From contig CBDATQ010000003.1 in NCBI GenBank assembly GCA_965199955.1, positions 32,001 through 96,000 of the forward strand: 64,000 nucleotides of DNA, written 5' to 3'. Under the pieces are notes generated by a model, which worked only from the letters and a program-made list of their open reading frames with translations, was not told where the DNA came from and ran no database searches. How positions within the stretch are numbered: the first letter of the stretch is position 1; every line of letters starts with the position of its first letter. The DNA comes from Spirochaetia bacterium. GTDB lineage: Bacteria > Spirochaetota > Spirochaetia > SZUA-6 > Bin103. The position numbers and the translations under genes are program-made. This document shows positions 1 to 10,111 of this stretch, in pieces.

Positions 1-492
1 AAAGCGCGCCGATTCGCCAAGGCGAACCTGCAGGAGGCCCGCTCCTTCATCCGCAACGTCACCGCGCGAAACCGTTCGCTGGTGCGGGTGACACAGGCGG
101 TCGTCGGCCACCAGCGCGAGTTCTTCCGCAGCGGGCCGAAGCAGCTCCGCCCGCTGACGCTGCGCGACGTGGCCGCGGAGGTCGATCTGCACGAAGCGAC
201 GGTTTCGCGCATCGTCAACGGCAAGTTCGTGCAGACCGAGTGGGGGATCTACGAGCTCCGCCACTTCTTCACCAACTCCATCTCCGGCGCCGGATCGAGC
301 GGGTCGCGATACTCGAAGGCCGGCGTCAAGGAGATGGTGCGCGAGATCATCGAAGCCGAGCGGCCCGACGGCAAGCGGTTGTCCGACAGCCGCATCGCCG
401 CCATCCTTGCCGAGCGCGGCGTCAGGATCGCCCGGCGTACGGTCGCCAAGTACCGTGGCGAGCTGGACATCGAAAGTTCCCTGGAGCGCTGA
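1..492 (+). CDS. rpoN: RNA polymerase sigma-54 factor, C-terminal part (truncated by window edge)
   Basis: PLTLRDVA..LHEATVSR helix-turn-helix and RpoN box ARRTVAKYR. Confidence 0.97.
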   Translation, partial: KARRFAKANLQEARSFIRNVTARNRSLVRVTQAVVGHQREFFRSGPKQLRPLTLRDVAAEVDLHEATVSRIVNGKFVQTEWGIYELRHFFTNSISGAGSSGSRYSKAGVKEMVREIIEAERPDGKRLSDSRIAAILAERGVRIARRTVAKYRGELDIESSLER

Positions 493-499
493 ACCCCAT

Positions 500-1465
500 A
501 TGGCATTCACCGTCCTCGACCTGCTGCGGCTGGACCTGCGGGAGAACGAAGCGCTGCATCTGTCGTGCATCGGCGGACGCGCAGGGATCACGCGCGAGAT
601 CAACGCGCCGGAGCTCAACCGGCCCGGACTGGCCCTGGCCGGGTTCTACGAACGGTTCGCGTTTCAGCGCATCCAGGTGTTCGGCCGTGGCGAACGCGCC
701 TACCTGGAGAAACTCTCCGCCGAAGGCAAAACCGACACGCTCAAGCGCCTGTTCGACCACGCGGTTCCGTGCTGCGTGTTCACCGACAGTCAGCAGCCGA
801 CCGAGGACTTCCGCGAGCTGTGCGAAGCCGCGGGCTGCCCGATCCTGCAGACCACGCTCTCATCCTCCTCCTTCACGGCGCGGGTGGTGAGCGCGCTGAA
901 CTCCATCTTCGCCCCCTCCGATCGCGTGCACGGCGTGCTGCTTGAGGTGTTCGGACTGGGTGTGCTTCTGCAGGGGCCCTCGGGCGTCGGCAAGAGCGAG
1001 GCGGCGCTGGCACTGATCGAACGCGGCCACCGTTTCGTGGCCGACGACGTGGTGGAGATCCGGCGCGTCGGCAACACCCTGATCGGCAACGGCGTGGAGG
1101 TCACCAGCCACCACCTGGAGATCCGCGGCATCGGCATCCTCAACATCGCCCACCTGTTCGGCGTCGGCGCCATCCGGGAGTCCAAGCACATCCAGTTGGC
1201 CGTGCAGCTTGAGGAGTGGGACAACTCGCGCGAATATGATCGAATCGGCGACCAGGACATACAGGTGGAGCTCATCGGCACCCACGTCCGCCAGATCGTG
1301 ATCCCGGTGCGGCCGGGACGGCCCGTGCCGATCCTGATCGAGACCGCGGCAATGAACGAACGGCTCAAGCACATGGGGTACCACTCGGCCCAGGAATTCA
1401 ACCGCAGCGTCATGGCATGGATGTCGGCGCGCAACCCGCAGACCGCCGCGGTCGAAGAGTGGTAG
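500..1465 (+). CDS. hprK: HPr kinase/phosphorylase
   Basis: ELNRPGLALAG, Walker A GPSGVGKSE, VADD, LEIRGIGI; ATG at 500. Confidence 0.97.
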   Translation: MAFTVLDLLRLDLRENEALHLSCIGGRAGITREINAPELNRPGLALAGFYERFAFQRIQVFGRGERAYLEKLSAEGKTDTLKRLFDHAVPCCVFTDSQQPTEDFRELCEAAGCPILQTTLSSSSFTARVVSALNSIFAPSDRVHGVLLEVFGLGVLLQGPSGVGKSEAALALIERGHRFVADDVVEIRRVGNTLIGNGVEVTSHHLEIRGIGILNIAHLFGVGAIRESKHIQLAVQLEEWDNSREYDRIGDQDIQVELIGTHVRQIVIPVRPGRPVPILIETAAMNERLKHMGYHSAQEFNRSVMAWMSARNPQTAAVEEW

Positions 1466-1475
1466 GTGAGACCGA

Positions 1476-1754
1476 ATGGTGGAGCGTGAGGTGATGATCG
1501 CGAATCGGGCCGGCGTCCACGCGCGGCCCGCGGCGCTGCTGGTACGGACCGCCAACCGGTTTCAGGCCGACATCTACCTCGAGAAGGACGGCGAACGGGT
1601 CAACGGCAAGTCGATCATGGGGATCATCGCCCTCGGCGCCGCCTATCGGACGACGCTGCGCGTGATCGCCACCGGCGCTGACGAAGCGGAGGCCGTGGAG
1701 GCGCTGGTCCGCCTGGTGGACAGCAAGTTCCAGGCGACGGACGACCTGCCGTGA
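1476..1754 (+). CDS. ptsH: Phosphocarrier protein HPr
   Basis: GVHARPA (His15) and NGKSIMG (Ser46). Confidence 0.96.
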   Translation: MVEREVMIANRAGVHARPAALLVRTANRFQADIYLEKDGERVNGKSIMGIIALGAAYRTTLRVIATGADEAEAVEALVRLVDSKFQATDDLP

Positions 1755-2353
1755 GAGACCTCACGCAGCGCCAGCGGCAGACCCTGCAGTTCATCGAGCA
1801 CTACCTCGACCTGCACGGCTTCGCGCCGACGGTGCGCGAGGTGGCGTCCCACCTGGGAGTCACCACCAAGGGTGCCCACGACCACCTGCGGGCGCTGCAG
1901 CGCAAGGGCTGGATCACGCGCGGCAGCCGGCGGTCGCGGGCGATCGCCGTGACCGGGAGCGGCTCGGAGGCGCCGGAGGTCGTCGACATACCGGTGCTGG
2001 GCACGGTGATGGCGGGACAGCCCCTGCTCGCCGAGGAAAACCTGGACGGCACCTACCAGTTGCCGCGGTCCAGCATCGGCGCCGGGGACCACTTCGCGCT
2101 GCACGTGCGCGGCGACAGCATGAAGGACGCATGCATCCATGACGGCGACCTGGCCGTGATCCGCCAGCAGCCCACCGCCACGGATGGGGACATCGTGGTT
2201 GCCGTGATCGACGACGCAGTGACGCTGAAGCGCTTCTTCAAGGAGAGCCACCGGGTCCGGCTGCAGGCGGAGAATCCCGCCTACCCACCCCTCTACGCCA
2301 CCGACCTCAGGATCCTGGGCAAGCTCGCGTGCCTGGTACGCGACTACCGCTGA
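1751..2353 (+). CDS. lexA: SOS repressor LexA
   Basis: N-terminal wHTH (PTVREVA), Ala-Gly cleavage site (VMAG), GDSM serine, TLKRF lysine; GTGA overlap with HPr. Confidence 0.95.
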   Translation: MRDLTQRQRQTLQFIEHYLDLHGFAPTVREVASHLGVTTKGAHDHLRALQRKGWITRGSRRSRAIAVTGSGSEAPEVVDIPVLGTVMAGQPLLAEENLDGTYQLPRSSIGAGDHFALHVRGDSMKDACIHDGDLAVIRQQPTATDGDIVVAVIDDAVTLKRFFKESHRVRLQAENPAYPPLYATDLRILGKLACLVRDYR

Positions 2354-2390
2354 GACCGCTGAGATACCGCGCCGTTCCGGCGCCGCTGTG

Positions 2391-3398
2391 ATGGCTGAAG
2401 CCCCCATCCATCTGTTCTGCGGGCCCGACACGGGTGAGAAGCGCCGCGCGGTCGAACGGCTGCGCGCGCAGCTTCAGCGCGGCTCGGGCGGTGTCACGCT
2501 CGCTATCGAACGCCACTATCCGTTCGACACCGTCATCGTCGACGTCATCGCATCGCTGCGCACACCCAGCCTGTTCGCACCGCGGCGGCTGGTGGTGCTC
2601 AATCAGGCGGAGGCTCTGAAGGCATCCGACGCCGCGGCGCTGGCCGACTACTGCCGGGAACCTGCCGACGGGACCACGCTCGTGATCGAGACCGAGGAGC
2701 TGCGCGTCGCCAAGCGCCTGCAGGACGCGGTGCCGGCGTCCTGCCGCCGGGTGTTCTGGGAGCGCTTTCCCGATCAGCGGCGCCGCAGCATCAGCGCATT
2801 CTTCCGCGAACGCGGAATCGCCATCGACGACCAGGCGGTGGAGACGCTCAACGAGGTCGTCGGCTCCTCATCGGCGGCGCTGGAGAGCGAGTGCGCGGCG
2901 CTGGCCGCCATGCATCGGGCGACGTCCGGCGAAGCGGACATGCTGACCGCCGAGGACATCGACCGATGGGTGCACCACAGCAGGGCCGAGACGGTGTTCA
3001 CCCTGTTCGACCACTTGGGAAGCCGCGACCTGGCAGCCGGTGCGCGCACCCTGCAGGCGATCATGCTGACCCGGCAGGCGACCCCGTCGCAGCTCCTTGG
3101 CGGCCTGGCCTCACAGTTTCGAAAGACGGCCGATCTGCAGCAACTGCTGCCGCGCATGGACCGCCGGGAGGCGTGGCGGGTGCTCAAGGTGTCCGGCAAG
3201 CGGGCTCAGGCCAGCCTGGCCCGCGCGGCCGAGCGCTACCAGGCCGCGGAGCTGCAGGCGATCCTTCGGGTACTGGCCGAGTTCGACCTGCGCATCCGCG
3301 CCGCCGCCGGGCACATGCAGCTCAGCCTGCTGCGGCTTCTGCTCTACTACGTCGTCGTTCGAGGTGGGCAGGGCGCATGGCGGTGGTTTCCTCACTGA
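2391..3398 (+). CDS. holA: DNA polymerase III delta subunit
   Basis: IHLFCGPD N-terminus, PSLFAPRRLVVL, TVFTLFD; typical length. Confidence 0.85.
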   Translation: MAEAPIHLFCGPDTGEKRRAVERLRAQLQRGSGGVTLAIERHYPFDTVIVDVIASLRTPSLFAPRRLVVLNQAEALKASDAAALADYCREPADGTTLVIETEELRVAKRLQDAVPASCRRVFWERFPDQRRRSISAFFRERGIAIDDQAVETLNEVVGSSSAALESECAALAAMHRATSGEADMLTAEDIDRWVHHSRAETVFTLFDHLGSRDLAAGARTLQAIMLTRQATPSQLLGGLASQFRKTADLQQLLPRMDRREAWRVLKVSGKRAQASLARAAERYQAAELQAILRVLAEFDLRIRAAAGHMQLSLLRLLLYYVVVRGGQGAWRWFPH

Positions 3399-3469
3399 CG
3401 CCCGCGCACGGGTCTTCGCTCGAGGTGAGCCAGGAGTGCCGTGGCTGTTTCCTCACTGACGCCCGCGCA
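3386..3469. repeat. Perfect 23-bp direct repeat (GTTTCCTCACTGACGCCCGCGCA) within an imperfect 61-bp tandem duplication
   Basis: Copies at 3386-3408 and 3447-3469; partial similarity extends about 35 bp upstream of each copy. Confidence 0.95.
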
Positions 3470-5251
3470 ACGGCTGATCTGGCCCGGCGTGGCGCGCGCC
3501 ACACCCGCAACGGAAGCGAACCGCTGCAACAGGCGCTTCGAACGCGCCGGCCCGATGCCCTGCACCTCCTCGAGCGCCGAGCGCGCCACCCGTCTGGTGC
3601 GCAGCCGCTTGTGGTAGGTGGTCGCGAAGCGGTGCGACTCGTCCCGCACGGCCTGCAGGAGGCGCAGCGCCGCGCTCCCATCGGGTAGCGCCAGCGGCGT
3701 GCCGTTGCCGGGCAGGTAGATCTGCTCCTGGCGCTTGGCCAGGCCGGCCAGCGGCAGATCGGTCAGCCCCAGTCCGTCGAGAATCCCCTTTGCGGCGCTC
3801 ACCTGGCCGGCGCCACCGTCCACCAGCACCAGATCGGGGCGAGGCAGGCGATCGTTGAGCACGCGCGCATAGCGGCGCGCGACCACCTCACGCATCGCTT
3901 CGAAGTCGTCGACCCGGCCGCCCAGCGACCTGATCCGGAAGTGGCGGTACTCGCCCTTCGCCGGCTGCCCGGCCTCGAACACCACCAGCGACGCCACGGT
4001 GTCGCGCCCGCCGAGATGCGAGATGTCGAAACCTTCGATCCTCCGCGGCGCGGCCGGAAGGTCCAGCGCCTGGCCAAGCTCCTCGACACCTCGCTCGCGG
4101 TCGACGCCGGGGTTGGCGCGTTCGGCGTCCTGGCGGGCGTTGGCATCCGCCAACCGCAGGACCTGCGCGTGCTTGCCGCGCCGCGGAACGTGCACGCGCG
4201 GCGCGGCCCGCCGGCGGCCCGAATCCGACGGCAGCAGGGTGCGCAGCGCCGCCGTGAGCGCCTCGGGCTCCTCCACGGGGCGGATGAATATCGTCAGGCC
4301 GGCCAGTGCCGTCCTCATGCCGCCGTAGTAGCCCAGCACGAACCTGGCTCGCGCCGCCGCCTCGTCGGACCGCGGACCACGGTCCTGAACATGGAAACGC
4401 TCGCGTCCCACCAGGTTGCCGCCACGGAACTGCAGCACCAGAAACCGGTGCCAGTCGCCGCCGGCAAAGTGGCCGATGTAGTCGCGCGCATCCGCGTCCA
4501 CGCCGGCGACGTGCTGCTGTTCGGTCACGTCGCGAATGGCCTGGAGCTGGTCGCGGATCGCCGCCGCACGCTCGAACCGCTGCTCGGCCGCCGCCTGGCT
4601 CATCCGGCGGGTCAGATCGCGGGTCAGGTCGTCCGCGCGGCCGGAGACCAGCGTGCGAACCGCACGCACGCGCTCGGCGTACTCTCCGGCGTCGATGGCG
4701 CCGACGCAGGGGGCTGCACAGCGGTTGATGTAGTGGTTGAGACAGGGAGCGGGACGGCGCCGGAACACCTCGCCGCGCTTGCGCAGCGGGAACAGCCGAT
4801 CGATCAGGTCCAGGTAGACGTCGATCTGGTTGGCCTTCGCGAACGGCCCGAAGTACTCGGAGCCGTCGAACACGATGGTGCGCGTGCGGTAGACCCGCGG
4901 AAACTCCTCCGCGGTGAGCCGGATCACGGGATAGGACTTGCCGTCCTTGAGATTGATGTTGTAGCGCGGCGCGAACCGCTTGATGAGGGAGTTCTCCAGC
5001 AGGAAGGCCTCCGACTCACTGCCGGTCAGAACCGTCTCGATCGAGGCGGTCCGCGCCGCCAGCATCAGCGTCCGCGAGTCGCGCGGCCCCCGGTTGAAGT
5101 AGCTGGACACGCGCGCGCGCAGCTTCTTGGCCTTGCCCACGTAGAGGACCGAGCCCGACGGGTCCTTGAAGAGGTACACGCCCGGCGCCTGCGGCAGGCT
5201 CGCGGCCGTCGCGCGAAGGTCCGCGGGAGCGCGAAGATCTTCATCGGACAT
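3392..5251 (-). CDS. uvrC: Excinuclease ABC subunit C
   Basis: GIY-YIG (PGVYLF..YVGKAKKLR), RIEGFDISH, DGG, RDESHRFA, C-terminal HhH. Confidence 0.98.
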   Translation of the reverse strand: MSDEDLRAPADLRATAASLPQAPGVYLFKDPSGSVLYVGKAKKLRARVSSYFNRGPRDSRTLMLAARTASIETVLTGSESEAFLLENSLIKRFAPRYNINLKDGKSYPVIRLTAEEFPRVYRTRTIVFDGSEYFGPFAKANQIDVYLDLIDRLFPLRKRGEVFRRRPAPCLNHYINRCAAPCVGAIDAGEYAERVRAVRTLVSGRADDLTRDLTRRMSQAAAEQRFERAAAIRDQLQAIRDVTEQQHVAGVDADARDYIGHFAGGDWHRFLVLQFRGGNLVGRERFHVQDRGPRSDEAAARARFVLGYYGGMRTALAGLTIFIRPVEEPEALTAALRTLLPSDSGRRRAAPRVHVPRRGKHAQVLRLADANARQDAERANPGVDRERGVEELGQALDLPAAPRRIEGFDISHLGGRDTVASLVVFEAGQPAKGEYRHFRIRSLGGRVDDFEAMREVVARRYARVLNDRLPRPDLVLVDGGAGQVSAAKGILDGLGLTDLPLAGLAKRQEQIYLPGNGTPLALPDGSAALRLLQAVRDESHRFATTYHKRLRTRRVARSALEEVQGIGPARSKRLLQRFASVAGVARATPGQISRCAGVSEETATALLAHLERRPVRGRQ

Positions 5252-5365
5252 CGTGCACGAGCTCCATATCTTTCCGCAGATTGTGCTTTTCTCAGGGTAC
5301 CGTCGTGCCGATGGTCAAGTGTAGACCTATCGTCGCAGCCGGCCGGGACCGGCCGCGCAGGCGGT

Positions 5366-5394
5366 TTGTCGAAGGAGTTGCATCTTGATAGGTT
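5366..5394 (+). promoter_or_regulatory. Candidate sigma-70 promoter for tRNA-Ala
   Basis: TTGTCG (5366-5371), 17-bp spacer, TAGGTT (5389-5394), 15 nt before the tRNA. Confidence 0.55.
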
Positions 5395-5409
5395 GTGTCG
5401 TCACTCGGC

Positions 5410-5482
5410 GGGGGATTAGCTCAGGTGGTAGAGCGATAGGTTCGCAATCTATAGGTCAGGGGTTCGAGTCCCCTATCCTCCA
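5410..5482 (+). tRNA. tRNA-Ala(CGC), CCA not encoded
   Basis: Acceptor stem GGGGGAT/ATCCTCC with G3:U70 alanine identity pair, D arm AGCTCAGGTGGTAGAGC, anticodon loop TT-CGC-AA, T loop GGTTCGAGTCC, discriminator A. Confidence 0.96.
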
Positions 5483-5537
5483 CTCCGCCACGTCCGCGGC
5501 ACGCCCGCGCGCCCGGCACGCGGCGCGGGCGGCGGCG

Positions 5538-6827
5538 GTGCTGCTGGCCGCGGTGGTCACGCTCAATTGCGCCACCAATCCCGAAGTTCCCGGACTCGAC
5601 CTGAGGCCGGTCGTACCCCAGGAGATAGGCGCCCCGCAGAGCGCTACCCGATCGGGCTCGGAAACCACCGTCACGGAGCCTGCACAGCCGGCGACAACCG
5701 ACGCGGCGGACGAACCGGCGACATCCACCTCCGCCTCAGAGCCCGCTCAGCCCACGGCGCCGGCCGCGACCGCGACCGCGTCCGAGCCCGACGATCCGAT
5801 CGAGGCCCGCATCGACGAGCTGCTGGCCGCCATGACCATCGAGCAGAAAGTCGGGCAGCGCTTCATGACCTGGATTCCGGGCACGGCCGGCTCGGAGCGG
5901 GTGACCGACCTGATCGATCAGGCTCACGTCGGCGGCGTCATCATCACCGAGCACAACGTGGAGAGCCACGAACAGGTGCGGGAGCTGATCGACGGGTTGC
6001 AGCGCATGGCGCAGGACGGTCCGTCGCCGGTGCCCCTGTTCATCGCCACCGACCAGGAGGGCGGCCGGGTGACGCGCCTGCGCCTGCCGGAGCTCACCCT
6101 CTTCCCGGCGGCGTTCCACCAGGGAAAGCACGGCGACAGCGACTACGTGGAAGCGGCCGCCTACGTGACCGGCGTGGAGCTGCGCCGCCTGGGCGTGAAC
6201 ATGAACCTGGCGCCGCTGCTCGACCTGTACGACCGGAACGACGGCACGGTGATAGACGGCCGTGCCTATGGCTCCGACTCCCGGCTGATCACCGACTACG
6301 CGCGCGCCTACGTCCGTGGCGCCAACCGCGCCGGGATCATCTCGGTGGCCAAGCACTTCCCCGGCCACGGCGTGACCTCGTACGACTCGCATGACCGCCT
6401 GCCGGTGGTGCGGCTCACGCGGTCGGAGCGCGCGGCGATCCTGGCACCCTTCATCGCCGCGATCGACACCGGCATCGACTCTGTCATGGCCGCGCACATC
6501 CTGTACGAGGACCTGGACCCGAACCTGCCGGCCAGCGTGTCGCCGGCGATCGTCACCGGCCTGCTGCGCGAGCAGCTCGGCTTCGACGGCGTGGTGATCA
6601 CCGACGCGATCGAGATCCGGGACCCGGCCCCGGCGCTGATGGAGCCCTACCTCGTACGCAACAGCTTCGATGCCGGAGTCGACGTCATCCTGGCCGCCCG
6701 GTCCAGTGACGTGCTGCCGCTCATCGAGGAAGGGGTTCGCCTGGTCCGCGCCGGGATGGAGAGCGAGGAGCGCCTGGACGAGTCCGTGCGCCGCATCCTG
6801 CGGGTCAAGCTGCAGGCGAGACGATGA
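5538..6827 (+). CDS. GH3 beta-N-acetylhexosaminidase (NagZ-like), probable lipoprotein; start uncertain
   Basis: DQEGG, KHFPGHG..DSH catalytic loop, ITD nucleophile; lipobox-like VTLNC then Pro/Ala/Thr linker; the ORF-track start at 5385 overlaps the tRNA and is rejected. Confidence 0.88.
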   Translation: MLLAAVVTLNCATNPEVPGLDLRPVVPQEIGAPQSATRSGSETTVTEPAQPATTDAADEPATSTSASEPAQPTAPAATATASEPDDPIEARIDELLAAMTIEQKVGQRFMTWIPGTAGSERVTDLIDQAHVGGVIITEHNVESHEQVRELIDGLQRMAQDGPSPVPLFIATDQEGGRVTRLRLPELTLFPAAFHQGKHGDSDYVEAAAYVTGVELRRLGVNMNLAPLLDLYDRNDGTVIDGRAYGSDSRLITDYARAYVRGANRAGIISVAKHFPGHGVTSYDSHDRLPVVRLTRSERAAILAPFIAAIDTGIDSVMAAHILYEDLDPNLPASVSPAIVTGLLREQLGFDGVVITDAIEIRDPAPALMEPYLVRNSFDAGVDVILAARSSDVLPLIEEGVRLVRAGMESEERLDESVRRILRVKLQARR

Positions 6828-6834
6828 TGGAGCG

Positions 6835-7365
6835 ATGATCGTATCCGATGCCACCATGCGGGAACTGCTCGACGCGGGCACGGTGGAGATCGCCCCGCTC
6901 GAGGAGTACCAGCTCCAGCCGGCATCGGTCGATCTGCGGCTCGGCGACCACTTCCTGAAGGTTGACGAGAACACCGCCGAAAGCATTTCGCTGACCGACC
7001 CGGTCCGCTACACGGAGTTGCGGGCCGAGCAGCTCGTCATCCCGCCGCAGTCGTTCCTGCTGGCGGTCACTCGCGAGCGTATCCGGTTGCCCGACGACAT
7101 GATCGCCTTCGTCGAGGGCCGCAGCTCGATCGGCCGGATCGGCCTGTTCATCCAGAACGCCGGCTGGGTGGACCCCGGCTTCGACGGCACGATCACGCTG
7201 GAGCTGTTCAACGCCAACCGCCTGCCGATCCGTCTCACCGCCGGCCGGCGCATCTGCCAGATCGTGTTCGCCCGCATGGACCGGCCGGCGGCCCGGCCGT
7301 ACGGGGGCAAGTACCAGAACCAGCGCGACGCCGTGGGCAGCCGCGTCTACCAGGATACCGCCTGA
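6835..7365 (+). CDS. dcd: dCTP deaminase
   Basis: QPASVDLRLG, EGRSSIGR, AGWVDPGF.G.ITLE, YGGKYQ.Q. Confidence 0.95.
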   Translation: MIVSDATMRELLDAGTVEIAPLEEYQLQPASVDLRLGDHFLKVDENTAESISLTDPVRYTELRAEQLVIPPQSFLLAVTRERIRLPDDMIAFVEGRSSIGRIGLFIQNAGWVDPGFDGTITLELFNANRLPIRLTAGRRICQIVFARMDRPAARPYGGKYQNQRDAVGSRVYQDTA

Positions 7366-7420
7366 GGGACCGGCCGCCTGAAGGGCCGGCCGCCTGAGCG
7401 GAGACCCGTGCGGGTTCCGC
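7358..7420. repeat. Three 16-bp-period repeats (CCGCCTGA...) followed by a GC hairpin between convergent dcd and gltA
   Basis: CCGCCTGA at 7358, 7374, 7390; hairpin GCGGAGACCCG/CGGGTTCCGC at about 7398-7420. Confidence 0.75.
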
Positions 7421-7424
7421 GCCG

Positions 7425-8711
<1,287 letters not shown>

Positions 8712-8788
8712 GTCCTGTGAGCCTCCGAACCTGACGTCCGCCCATCCTATCACGGGCCGATACCGGCGAGGGTTGACCCGAGATGGGA

Positions 8789-10111
8789 CTAAGGCGGGAT
8801 CTGCAGGGTGAATGTGGTGCCGGAACCTACCTCGCTCATCACGCTGACGCGACCGCCGTGCGCCTGCACGATGTGCTTGACGATCGCCAAGCCCAGGCCC
8901 GACCCGGGGATGCTCGAATCGCGCTCGACCCGGTAGAAGCGCTCGAACACCCGATCCAGGTGCTCGCCGGCGATGCCGGGTCCATCGTCGGTCACGTCGA
9001 TGCGCACGCCTCCTTCGTGCCGGGCGCCGTCCCCGCTTCCTGCGCCGTCGTCGCTTCCTCCGCCGTCCTCGGAACGCGCGCTGATGCGCACGGATGCCCG
9101 TTCGCCGCCGTAGAGCAGCGCGTTGTCCAGCAGGTTCGCCAGCGCCCGCTCCAGCAGAGCGGCGTTGGCGCGCACCCGCATGCCGTCGACGCCGGCGATG
9201 CCGATGCGCGCGCGCCCCCCGAGTCGCGACCGGCAAGCGTCGACCGCCCGCGTGACGATAGGGGCGAGCGGCTGCGCGGTAGCATCGATGCCGTCGTGCT
9301 CGCCCTGTTCGATGCGGGACAGGCTCAGGAGATCCTCTACCAGCGCGTCCAGCCGCTCCGCCTGCGCACCGGCGATGCGCAGGAACCGCTTGCCGTTGGA
9401 GCCGCGGTACAGGCGGCGGTCGAGCATCGTCTCCACGAACCCCTTGATGGCCGTGATCGGCGTGCGCAGCTCGTGGGACACGTTGGCCACGAAGTCGTGG
9501 CGCAGCCGCTCCAACCGGCGAAGGCGCGTGGCGTCGGATGCGCAGATCAGCACCAGCAGGCCATCCTCGTCAGCCTGGACCCGGCTTACGCGGATGTGGA
9601 TCACCGCCTCCGGCACCAGATCGGTCATGTCGCGGGCGCCGTGCTCGGCGGTGCCGGCCAGAACCGGCGCCAGGAGCTCCCGCAGCGACTGCGCGGGCAT
9701 CGCCTCCGCGAGGGGCCGGCCGACGTGCTCGGGACGGACCCCCAGGAGCTCCCCGGCCGCCGTGTTGGCGACGCAGACGACGCCGCGCGGGTCCACCGCC
9801 ACCACCGCGTCGGGAAGCTGGGCAAGCAAGCGCTCGACCCGACGGACGCCGCGGGCCTCCGCGACCGTCGTGCCGGCATCCCGGTGCGCCCTGACGGCCG
9901 CGGCCCATGCGCGCCTCAGGCACCACGCCAGCACGCCCGCCGACGCCCCCAGCAGCGCGATCGCGAGCCGGCCGGCCCCCCGTGCCAGGAAATCCGCCGG
10001 CAACAGCACCGCGGCCGCGATGCCCGCGGCCGCCACCCCGGCGCCGGTCGCCGCCGCCGCGACCTGCCGGCCGCGATCACCGGGATCGTCCGGTCCCTCC
10101 GGTGCGCTCAT
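8789..10111 (-). CDS. PhoR-like sensor histidine kinase (TM-PAS-HisKA-HATPase)
   Basis: DFVANVSHELRTP, NLLDNA, DDGPGI, FERFYRV, GSGLGLAIVKH. Confidence 0.9.
   Translation of the reverse strand: MSAPEGPDDPGDRGRQVAAAATGAGVAAAGIAAAVLLPADFLARGAGRLAIALLGASAGVLAWCLRRAWAAAVRAHRDAGTTVAEARGVRRVERLLAQLPDAVVAVDPRGVVCVANTAAGELLGVRPEHVGRPLAEAMPAQSLRELLAPVLAGTAEHGARDMTDLVPEAVIHIRVSRVQADEDGLLVLICASDATRLRRLERLRHDFVANVSHELRTPITAIKGFVETMLDRRLYRGSNGKRFLRIAGAQAERLDALVEDLLSLSRIEQGEHDGIDATAQPLAPIVTRAVDACRSRLGGRARIGIAGVDGMRVRANAALLERALANLLDNALLYGGERASVRISARSEDGGGSDDGAGSGDGARHEGGVRIDVTDDGPGIAGEHLDRVFERFYRVERDSSIPGSGLGLAIVKHIVQAHGGRVSVMSEVGSGTTFTLQIPP

Noticed and set aside
3386..3469. Mini-CRISPR (23-bp repeats starting GTTTC with a 38-bp spacer)
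   Set aside because: Only two copies, both inside coding sequence; the spacer resembles the sequence upstream of copy 1; no cas genes or leader
5410..5482. tRNA-Ala as an integration site
   Set aside because: No duplicated tRNA 3' end or integrase seen in the window
5385..5537. ORF-track N-terminal extension of the GH3 gene from 5385
   Set aside because: It runs through the tRNA gene
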